Assembly (NCBI GenBank): GCA_038087875.1
Contig: CM075997.1
Coordinates: forward strand, 2,048,001 to 2,112,000
Length of the DNA: 64,000 nucleotides
Reading direction: 5' to 3'
Origin: Malacoraja senta
Taxonomy: Eukaryota
The position numbers and the translations under genes are program-made. Of the stretch, positions 24,501-36,500 are shown in pieces (position 1 is the first letter of the stretch; every line of letters starts with the position of its first letter). Below the pieces are notes generated by a model. The model saw only the letters and a list, made by a program, of their open reading frames with translations, was not told where the DNA came from and did not search any database.

Positions 24501-27500
24501 TTTCAAAATCCAGCGGCGACAAAAGTAATGTTGCACCACTTGAGGAAACACCGCACGTCAATACGTCATCACAGCGCGTCCCCGCCGCATCACTCCACGA
24601 CTTTTTCAGTGACCTGATATGTCTGTCAAGATGCTGGCAGTCGCCGATAAAAATCGCCAAGTGGGACAGACCCTTTAATTGCTACCTGCAGCAATCCAGT
24701 ACTTGGATGTAACAAACCACCACTAGGAATAGTACATGATCTGTAGCTGTTATAGGAGGGCCAGCTGAGCTGTTCTAATCAGCTTCTTCCTGTTGTAGAT
24801 CCGAGGCCTGAGCTTATTCAGGACCATCTGGAGGATGAACAATTCATCGGTGCAAGGGAGATGTTGGACATACAAGCCTTAACCTTCCAGAAATCTTCTG
24901 ATACTCGATGGCTTGAAAACAGTGATCATTCTGAAGATTCAATAATGAAAGATGGCATGGTTTCAATGATGTCAGAAGGGCAGAGTGATGAAGGAGTTAA
25001 ATGGGAGCAAGATGAAATGAAGGTCAGCAGCCTGGATACTATCAAGATGGCAGGAAACCTCAAAGAGGATTTCCAGGAGCTTGTGAATACTGATGATTTT
25101 GACCTCTCTACAATAAGAAGAAAGTCTTGTAAAGATGAAGACACTTTCTTCACTTCAGGCAGAGAATCGTCTCTTGGGAGTTCTGATTTTGGCAGTCATT
25201 CTGATTTCGACTTAAATATGGATGAAATAAACGAAATTGATGTGGAAATATTGGTATGTATTAAGAAGCTGTTGAAATGAACGTGCTCAAGTGTCTATAA
25301 AGTGGCTTTAACATTCTGAGTTATTCAGTACAGATAGAGGCCTGTTGACCCAACATGTTCATGCCGAGTAACCATCCCGTTTAGTTTAGTGGTATAAGAC
25401 GGAAACAGGCCCTTAGGCCCACTGAGTCCATGCTGACCATTGATCATCCGTTCACACTAGTTCCACGTTATCCAACTTTCAAATCCACTCCCTACACACT
25501 AGGGACAATTTACAGAGGGCCAATTAACATACAAAGCCGCACGTCTTTCGGATGTGGGAGGAAACCGGAGCACCCGGAGGAAACCCCACTCAGTCACAGG
25601 GAGAACTTGCAAACTCCACACAGACAGCACCCAGAGTCAGGATCCCAGGACAAAATGTTAAATCTCTTTGGTCATCCTTATCCCTTTGTTATGTCAGCTC
25701 TTGTGGGAAGAGCACTTGTTACCTGCGTTCATCTTTAAAGGCTTCACTGTGAATGATTTACACTGTTGGTTGTGGAGAATCCGATTACTAAGACTATCAT
25801 TCCAATTTTCATTGTTATAATTCCTGCAGACGCATTCAGAGAGTGAAATTATGGATTTTGAGATGGAGGATGGAGAAATAAATGACGGATCCTCGTCGTC
25901 TGAGAAATTATGTGCCCCACTCAGGTCAGTGATTCCAACAATTGCCATCATTCTGTTTTCAAGGAAACTCGATTTGAAATCAAGTTTACCCAATTTCATC
26001 TTTGTTCCAGAGAAGAAATGTTTTGGGTCAGCTGTCAACATGTGCCCCCTATAAAGCATTTCATAGGGTAACGTTCGTAGGGCAAATGGATAAATTACCC
26101 GAGAACAACCTGGAAGTTTGGGGAAAGTGAACATTTTTACAGACCTGAAATGTCCACATTTCTGTTACTGATTTTGTATTGGATGGGGATAAAAATGATA
26201 GGATGAAGATAAAGGAAAAGGCAAAAGGGAAGGTCTATGATAACAGAATCCCCAGGGAGGTTGAATGGCCAAAGGAATAATAACACAGGATTAAATGGTA
26301 CGGCAACAGGACAAGAATAAAAGCAAAGTTGCGTGGGTCATTTGTAACTGCAATTTGAATCAGATAATCGTCTATATGGGATTGTTTTCCTGCTCCCACA
26401 CTTGCCATTTGTACCCCTGGAGCTGTCCTTGGTGTTCATTCAAATTCTTGGCAATGTTACCAATGCAACATCCAGCTTTATTTTGCTAAATACTCTTGGA
26501 ACCTCCTCACTGGTATCCATTTGTTGCTCTGCCAAAACTGAATGGGTAGCAATTTTCTCCAAGTAAATGTGGACAGGACCAAAATCATTGCCTTCATTGT
26601 CCTGCCTCAAACTGATCCGAACTATTGCACTAATCTTTATTCACGTTATTCCCTTTATCATGTATGTGTACACTGTGGGTGGCTCTATTGTAATCTTGTA
26701 TTGTCTTTCCCCTGAATGGTTATCATGCCACAACGGCTTTTTTTTTTTACTGTACCTCGGTACACGTGACAATAAACTAAACTCAACTGTGTACCTCATC
26801 TCCTTCCCTGGAAACAGACTAAACTTGATTGTTTTCAACCATAACCTTAAGATGAGCCCATTTATGGCATCAATAAACCCCTTACCCAACTCCACCAATC
26901 CTGCAACTTGTCTTCATTGAAAATCTCACCCATGCCTTTGTTTCCTTCAGTTTTGAATATTTTAAGGCACTCTGCAGCAGGCTTTAATCTACCCTTCATA
27001 ATCTTTGTTATCCAAAATGCAATTCTCCCAAATATGGCCTCTACTGTGAGTCCCCATTTTTAATCACTGATCCACTGACAGACATGCTATCAACTGGCAA
27101 ACACCATGTTCTGAAATTCCACAAAATTTCTTCTCTGTACGTTTTTCCTCCTTGAGATGCAACTTAACACTTGCTTCTTTTGGACACATGCCTTAATATC
27201 TTTTGTGGATGTGACCTGCGTGGGTTTTCTCCGGATTCCTCCCACCATCCAAAGAGGTGCCGGTTTGTAGGCAAATTGGTAAAACTGTAAATTGCCTTAG
27301 TGTGTGTGTAGGATAGTGCTAGTGTGCCAGGATTGATGGTAGGAGCGGACTCGGTGGGCCGAAGGACTTGTTTCCGCGCTGTATCTCTAAACTAAGCAAA
27401 ACTAGACTATTCCAGCTTTGAATGTTTCAATGGTTTCTTTATTGTCACGTGTACCAGGTACAGTGAAATACATTTTTTTTGTATACAGCTCGGCAAGACT

Positions 27501-30500
27501 ATCCTAGTTCATGTACTAATTCTCTGAAAAGTGTTATGAGATGTTAAGAGTGCTATATAAATGTTTTTATAAGTTGTAACAAAGGTCATCAAATGGGGAG
27601 TATTTTCTTCTTTCCTAAACCCAGGTATGCTGAGGTGAACCATTCAGCTGAATTAGCTGACTGCCCACACCGCGATTTGGACTTCGAACCTTTTGGCATC
27701 TCTGGTCTCTATGCTGCAGAAGTGAATTTACTTGGGGTAATTTTTTTTGTACGAAAGCTGACTTCTAACTGTGCGTTGTAATTATTCAATATTTATTTTG
27801 TTTAGGTGGCATTTTCATAATTATTCACAATCTCACAAGTTTTCACCCAAGATAAAGGTAAGCGGCGTTGCCCAGCGTCCTGCATTCACCTGACATGTGC
27901 GTAGTCTAATAGGATGTTAGTTCATTGTGTGGCTTTGGAAAAGGAACTATGGAATCAGAAAATAATAGAACTCGTTACCCATCCGCTGGTATAAGCCCAG
28001 TGCTTGTTCTGTTCTCCATACCATTGAATATTGTTATTTGTCAACACGTTTCACAGACACATTCTCATTACAGCAGGCACTGCCAATGCTGTCTCTGCAA
28101 AATCCTCTGTATCCACTGCTAAGATGTGAGATTATGTCAATGACTTTCCCAGGCTAACATCACAACACAGAAATGGGGCCGCTTCTGACCACCCGATCCA
28201 TGCCAACCTTGATGTCTGTCTCCGCTATTCCCATTCGCCCACATTAGGCCTGCATCCCTCTAGATCTTGTGGGCAGTCTTCATGTCGAGTTTCTATTACC
28301 AAACACTGACTATCCCTTTGCCCCTGCAGATGACATCTGACCCGCTGAGTATTTCCCGCAGATTTTTTATTACCTATGATTCCAGCATCTGCAGTATGGT
28401 GTGTCTCCACACCTTTATTATCCAAATACCCCTCCCAATTCTTTTAAAACATTGTTTAATTGTATCTGCATTCACCACCATTGCTGAAATTGTGTTCCAG
28501 ATATTCATCTCCCTCTGTGTGGGGAAAATTGTGTCCCTCTGATCTCCTTTATTCAAGCCTTAATTCAATACCTCTGTTTGTGTATCTTTTGTTGGTTTAA
28601 ATTTCTGTTACCTAGAAAATGGGTTTGATCTTTCAATGTAGCATGCTATTTTTAGCAATAACAGGCATTTCCTGCGGATTTGGGCTCACCTGTCTATGCA
28701 ACATGTAATCTATTTTAAAGAGCCACAGTGCATCTGAGCTGCGGAAGTTTAAGAAGAGTAAAAAGAATCCACTGCTGCATTCTCTGAGGGAGCGAGAATG
28801 GCGCAAACTGATGCGGAAACGTTTCAACAAGTTGCGGGCGCTGCTGTTTGAGGATGAGAGGATTTCTAAGCGAGCCATCCTTGACGAGGTTTGTTAATGT
28901 ATCTGGTGTTTCGTTTCTTTGATTAGCTAAGCATTGTGATGGCTTATTACTGTGTCCTTCGGGACTAGGTTCTATCGCCCTAAGACACCAAGAAATTGTG
29001 GAAGGAGAAAAGAGCCAATCTCTCCTGCTGTAGCGTGTGTGTAACCCATCAAAAGATACTTGAGCTCTTAAAGGGTTATTGCATGAAAGTCTCTGACCCC
29101 TGAAGGCAGTGAGCAAGACACCAGAATCTGCACCCACTTTTTCATTGCACTCTTTAACCTTGACATGCTGTCCTTCACAAATAGTCTTTGTATCATTTCT
29201 CCCAGCTCAACAATCTGATGTGTTTTGGAATATTTATTACTGTGCAACATGTCAAATGCCTTTAACACTTGTGCTTGAAGCTGACAATACTTTCATGGGA
29301 GCTGTTAACCCTTTAACACCCTGAGAGCAATATCTCTCAGAAGCATGGGTGTCAGAATTTAGTTTAGAGATACAGCCCTTCGGCCCTCCGTGCCAACCAA
29401 TGATCATACACTAGTCATACATCATACACTAGTTCTATCCTACACACTAGGGACAATTTACAGAGGCCAATTAACTTGCGTCTTTCGAGTGTGGAAAGCA
29501 ACCGGAACACCCGGAGGAAACCCACACGGTCACAGGGAGAACGTACAAACTCCGTACAGACAGCATCCATAGTCTGATCGAAACCAGGTCTCTGGCGCTG
29601 TGAGGCAGCAGCTCTACTGCTGCACTACTGTGCTGTCCTGGTGGTTACCGGAGGATTGGTAAAAGAGAGAGTGAGCAAGATTAAAACTGCAGAATCCTCT
29701 GACATCCAGCTACGGTTCTTTTCATCAGGAGACATTGAATCTTCATGAAGAGTATGAACCCTGAATTATTAACACGTCCCTTTTTAAAATATTGTCCTTC
29801 TGTGCTGCAGTAAGGCTGAAAATGTTGATCATTCCTCCTCCCATTGTCGCTGATGTATACAGTACCTGGAAAATAGTTCCGTCTGCCCTTTCTCCTCATT
29901 TTCCTTCGTACACAGTCTCTGGTGGGTGAGGTTCAGTGCCATAAATCACCAGCTTCTTTTCACTACCAGCTGCAAAGGGGAGCTCCTCTCCTACAGAGCC
30001 ACTTGATACAGGTTGCTAAAGAAACTCGCCAAAATCAAAATAGTATCTACTGGCATAACCAGTATATTGCTCTGCAAGTAGGGGGAGTACGATATTGCTT
30101 TATGCAAAGATAGGATTACAAGATAAAATGGCCAGGAATGTTACACCGTAGTAAAAGGTTGGTAGGAGGCAAAAATGACACAAGATAGAGTGACACTAGG
30201 CACCTCACTTGGAATACAGCCTTCAAAGTTCTGCTTGTAATTCTATAAAATATCTTTTTTTTTCCCTCAACATACATATGAATTAGAACCAGGAGTAGGC
30301 CACTTAGTCACTTGTGCCTGCTCCACTGTTCAATAAATTATTGCTGATCTTCTAACTTTTTCCAACTAGCTGATCTCCTAACCCCATTCCCTTTATTCCC
30401 TTAATGTCAAAGTTTAGCTTTCTGAAGAAATTCTTACAGTGCCAAAAGCGAGTTGCTTAATTAGATGTTTACAAACTGTAACAGGATAATAAAGAATAAA

Positions 30501-33500
30501 GTTAGAATTCCTTTTTAATTTAATTTTGAAAAGAATGCGAGTTTTACAACTCAATTGGTCTGGGTTTTAAATCACGTTTTCCACAAATGTGAAACATTAG
30601 GAGCACTTTGGCTGGTGCAAGCCAAGGTACAATAGTTGTATCTCTCAAACCTAAAATGGCCATGCCAGAGCAAAGTAAAATGGGAGACCTGCCCAGGGAA
30701 AGCACTTCCTAAGTCAGAGGAGCAGTAGGAGTGCAGGAAAGAAAACACACATTGTCATGCCTGACAAATAATTGCTGATGACTAAGCTGCCTAAAATTTG
30801 TATAAATGGTGTAAATTGTTTCAGAATGTGTTGTTGCACTACTTCAGTACGTGCTGTCCAGAGATTTTGTCATTAATGGTTCAATAGTACTTTTGTCACA
30901 TGTACCTAATTACAGTGGAATTCATTGTTTTTGCATGCAGTGACAATCCTGCTACACATTAGACACATCATACTAAGTACAAAAATGTAAGATGTAGACC
31001 ACACTGAGTCCGTACCCAAGGGTCGCCTTGTATTAGGTGCCATCTTGTACCCTTCAAAACCGAAATTAAAAAAATAAATGTTACTCTTAGTTTGGCCCTA
31101 AAGGCCCGTTGTCCTGGTGGCGGCATTTGGTTGGAGTTGCAAAGGTTGGCTTGGCCAGGCTATGTTTCAATGCCGCTGCGTCTGTTCCATGTGCTCGGCC
31201 ACTTGCCAAACATCAATATACATCGGATTTATTTGCATATTAAAATACTGCAAAATTATAGAAAGTAATAACATTTTGTCATGTTTTCATTTGTTTTTGC
31301 TGCCTTTACCATGTGCATCAGTACGTTCCTCAAGCTACACATTCAAATTTTTGTTCATCCCCACAGGGCGTCAATGAAATTGTGAAATTGTGTCACCAAA
31401 GCCAAAAACTCTGCTTGGAGAAGAAGCTGCTAATGAAAAAACACAAGGCGTTATTAAAAATAATATCAGTCCTTTCAGGTATTCTGCCTGTATTCATTTT
31501 AATTATTTCTTTGAGGGCTTAAAATTCAAACTGGTTGGAACAGCTATTGTTAATATTACCAAACCTATATAGCCACAAAGGTTCCGTGATACTGTGTCTA
31601 CAATATTTGTGGTCGTTGGTTGCAGACCAGAAGCCTTGTGTAAAACCTTTTTGATCCAAAATACCAAAAATATGCAACACCCCTTTTTTTAAATCAGCTG
31701 TGAAGTGATAAGATGGATTTGTTTACTGAATGACTCAACATGTGGCAAAATGAGCCCACATACATTTGTCTAAACTTTTTTTATTTCTTAATGCCATCAT
31801 CTTGACTCCAGGTTCTTAGTCCTGTTGTATCTTTCAAACCATACCTTTGTATCTGTGTTGATCTTCCATCCCATCCTCCTCTTTCCTCTGGAATATACAA
31901 TGGCGCTTCTTTGAAAGGTAATGTTGCAGTTATCAAAGGTTCCAACACCTTTTCTCAAAAATGCTACTTTTCTCACAAACTTATCAACTTTAAAAGATAT
32001 CATAAATGAGTTCAGTTCTATCTACTCAGTAGTCTCTCACCCTCCTCCTTGCTTCACTTGTTCTAAATTAGTGTACCTGTACATATTAAATTGTTATTGG
32101 TTGTCATTTTAAAAGTAAAGATTCTTCATGTGTAGGAGGGAACTGCAGATGCTAGATTAAACCAAAGATAGAAACAAAAAGCTGTAGTAACTCAGGGTCG
32201 TTTTAGGTTGAGACGCTTCTTCAGACCCGAAGAAGGGTCTCGACCTGAAACGTCTCCTTTTCTCCAGAGATGCTGTCTGACCCGCTGAGTTACTCCAGCT
32301 TTTTGTGTCTATCTAAAGATTCATGTTCAGTAACTTCCTGGAATCATGAATACTTTGGCTGCAGTCAGCTAACTCCGTACAGTTCCAGAATAAACCTTGA
32401 GAACATTATGCTCTGGTTTGGTTCATACATTCTGTCTTTGAAAACTAATTGTGAATTTCACGTCTGTTATACAGCAGAGAAGAAACTTAAGAATGAGAAA
32501 AGTGGTGAGAAGAATAGTGAGGATTATGAACATAATGGGGCCCCTGTTTCTACAGGACATCCTGTAAGTATGAAGAATTTCTGGATAGATCCATAAACTA
32601 ATATTGAGTCTAGTAAAGTATTTCCCTCTGATGTATACCTTTTACTGACTAGTTTTTGTGTTATTCAGTAATGGGAGGTAGGTGTGCTGGCATCACCAGC
32701 GATATTTTTTGGCCTGACTTTGAGTGCGCTTGACCAAATGCAGTGAACGATCTGTCATGTTGCATTGTAATGCTGGGGCCTTCTTGGACATTGCCTCGGC
32801 AAGAATGCTGATTCGGAGGGACTTGCAGGCAATGATGTCCTACCATTATCCTCCAGAGTAGTAGAGGTGGTGAGCTTGAGATATTTATAAAAGAAGCTTG
32901 GGGTGTTTCTTCCCCTTGCAGTGCTTGCATTAGTGCTGAAGAGGAAAGATGCTGTCTGGGCTGCCACGTGACCATCTAGAGGCTAACAGTAAGACACACA
33001 CCCGGGTCTGATCAACCTGCGGTGGGCCTGCCTCGACTGAGGGTGTCTTGTGATAAAAGGCCGAAACACCCAGTGATGTTGAGGTACACAACTGAAGATG
33101 TGTCTGATTGTTAGCAAATTCACCTAGTGGTCATGCCCAAGAATGTCAATTGTAGTGAAATCATAGGGATTGTAACACCCAGTCCTACTAATCAATATGG
33201 TTGGCTGCTCGTGAAGGAGGGACAGAGTAAGAATTTAATGAAGACAGACACAAAGATCTGGAGTAACTCAGCAGGACAGGCAGCATCTCTGGAGAGAAGG
33301 AATGGGTGACATTTCGGGTCAAGACCCTTCTTCAGACGAGGGGTTACTGCTTTGGTGAGGTCATGCTTCGTTATTTTTACTGAAGTTGTATCCATTTGGG
33401 CAAGTGGAGAGTATTCTATTCTCAAGAGTATTCTGACTGCCTTGTAGTTTAGAGATGCAGCGTGGAGACAGGCCCTTCGGCCCACCGAGCCCGTGTGGAC

Positions 33501-36500
33501 CATCGATCACCTGTTCACCCTAGTTCTATGTTATCCCACTTCCTACACATTCGGGCCAGTTTTATTTTGTAGAAGATAATTAACATACACACCTCCATGT
33601 CTTTGGGATGGTGGGACGAAACTGGAGCTTCTGGAGGAAACCCAGGTGGTCACGGGGAATATGCAAACTCTACACAGACAGCACCCGAGGTCAGGATCGA
33701 GGTCAGAGTCTGGCGCTGTGAGGCAGTAGCTCTACCACCTGCACCACTGTGCTGCCCACAAAGTTTTAGAAAGCTTGTGGAAGCTGGAAGGTGAATCAAT
33801 CACGGTGGAACATACAGTCTTGTAACCATTGTTATTATGTGGAATAAGCTTGTGGACAATGATAAGGCCCTAGAATTTTAATAGTGATGGATTTGGACAT
33901 TTGGGGGGGTGCTTAGACTTTCTCTTGTTGGAATGGTCAAGGCTTGCACTTGTGTGAGAAATGGTACTTCACATCTACTGGCCCAAGTTTACATATTGTC
34001 CAGGTATCCCTGTGTGCAGGCATGGACAGCTTCATTATCTGAAGAGTTGCATGTGGAACAGAACACAACAAACTATAATGGGGGAAAGGTCACTGATAAT
34101 GCAGATAAAGGTGCTTAGACATTGGAGTCTCCAGCAGCGATGTCCTGAGGTTCAGATGACTGACCCCCAACAGTCTACTGCTGTCAATACAGATATGGGG
34201 AGAACTTTAACTTGAAATTACAAAAAAAGTGTGAGAATAGTTATATTAAATACCACCAGGGGGCGCCGCACGGTGGCAGCATCGCCAACAGTCTGTCTTT
34301 TTGTTATTTTTTTTGTTATTTTTAGTGTGTTTTAAAAGTTTGTGTTAATGTTCTCTGGTTTGTTTTATGTGGGGGGAGGGGGTCGGAGGAAACTTTTTTT
34401 CAGTCTCTTACCTTGCCGGAGATGCGATTGTTTTCCGGATCGTATCTCCGGTTGCTCTGCGGCCTAACATCATGGAGCTGGAGGCCTTGCTCGGGACTGA
34501 CTTTGAGCCTCACCGCGGGGACGTGAACCTACCATCGGAGCCAATCCCTTGCCTGGGATCGACGCTCCAACTGCGGCCTGCGGATTTCACCATCGGGGAG
34601 CTCGCAGTCTCGGGTAGAGACCGATGTCGGGAAGCTCCAAACGATGCAGCAGGTTTGACCAGCCCCAACCCGGGATCAGATCGCCCGGCGCGGGGGAGCT
34701 GAGATCCCCCGATGCAGGAACTTGATCCCCCGACGCGGAGGGCCCGACCGCCGGCTATGGGAGCCAAGATCGCCCTGTCAACGGAAGGCTCGAGGACCCC
34801 GACTGCGGGAGAACAAAGAAGGGAAGAGATTGAACTTTTTTTCCGCCTTCCATCACAGTGAGGAATGTGGAGGAGTCACTGTGGTGGATGTTTGTGTTAG
34901 TGTATTTTGTGTGTTCTGTTGCTTTTTATTGGTATGACTGACTTGGCAAATGAAATTCCTCGTATGTTACAAAACATACTTGGCTAATAAAATATGATTA
35001 TGATTATGAAATGCTAGTACTTTGTGGTTTCAGCTGTCATCTGCTGCAGTGGAGACCAGTGAAGAATCCACTCTGGTGCCGATAGCTGGTAAGATTGATT
35101 TTATCCCTCCCTCTGTAACTTGTAACAAATCCATAACTATTCTTGATCTTCCTGATGCTGATTAGGAACCAACTATCATTTATTTGAAATTATAAAGCTG
35201 ATACGTGGTGCATACAGGTGGTGAATCTGTAATTTATTGCCATAGACGGCTGCGGAAGCCAAGTCTATTGATATTTTTAAGGTGGAGATTGACAGATTCT
35301 CTATTCGTAAGGGTATGAGGAGAAGGCAGGAGAATAGGTTGAGAGGAATAGATAGATCAGGGATGATTGAATGACAGTGGATTTTAAGGGCCAAATGGCT
35401 AAATTCTGCACCTTAACTTAGCCCACCGAGTCCGCACTGACCAGCGATCCCCGCACACTAACGCTATCCTACACACACTAGGAACAATTTACAATTGTAC
35501 CAAGCCAATTAGTCTACAACCTGTACGTCTTTGGAGTGTGGGAGGAAACCGGAGATACCGGAGAAAACCCTCGCAGGTCACGGGGAGAATGTACAAACTC
35601 CATACGGACCAGTAGTCAGGATTGAACCCGGGTCTTTGTCACTGTAAGGCAGCAACTCTACAGCCGCACCACTGTGCCGCCCCATTTTCGTGCCCCTTAA
35701 GCCAAACCTCACAACCAAATTAAGATATATCTATTCCTCGGAACTCCGAGGTGTTAAAATAAATTGTTCTTAAAATAAGGTCGGCATCGCCTTCTCCAGT
35801 GTAGGAGTAGGATTGAGTTCTGTTCACAAAGATGCGAAGTAACAAGAATGCTGATTCAATCTTGAGAAGATTGTCTAGTCATTTCAGAATTGAATTGGAC
35901 ATGGAATGTATCCAGCTGCCACACTGAGCTGGGAATCATGTGCAATGGCATGAAGTGACCATACTATTTTATTAATGAATGTCACTTGATACAAAAGGCC
36001 TATGTTCAACCTCAAGAGGTCTTTTCTCAACCTCAAGACTCCCTAAAGCAAAATTGTGCATCTGTCAAAACTGCATCGTTGGGAGAACTCTCTCCGATAA
36101 TGTGCTTTAAGACCTCCCAGAATTGATCTCCGTTTTCTCGCATTGGCTTTTCGTGTTTTAAATAATGATATTTAATTTTTTTAATAAAATGTACTTGTCG
36201 CAGGAACTCCATTTCATCTTCTCCTTGAGAAAATTGCAGTTTCCCCTCAAAGCGAAGAGCTTGGAAGAATCAGTCCCATTGACCATCCAGAAGCACTTGG
36301 CACAAAGGGACTAATATCGAGGAATGCTATGGTATGCCACCAAGAGGAGACCCCTTTAACTTTCTCAGGTACGGTAGCTCTTAAAGAAGCACAGTGCATT
36401 CAGAAAGTATTCAGACCCCTTCACTATTTCCATATTTTGTTACATTGCAGCCTTATTTTAAAATGGATGAAATTCTTTTTTTTTATCGTCAATCTACACA

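Noticed and set aside
16488..31478. Three bHLH modules as an assembly duplication or three separate genes
   Set aside because: The copies are highly diverged with unrelated introns, I see no stops or promoter-like starts between them, and the exon phases join into one frame.
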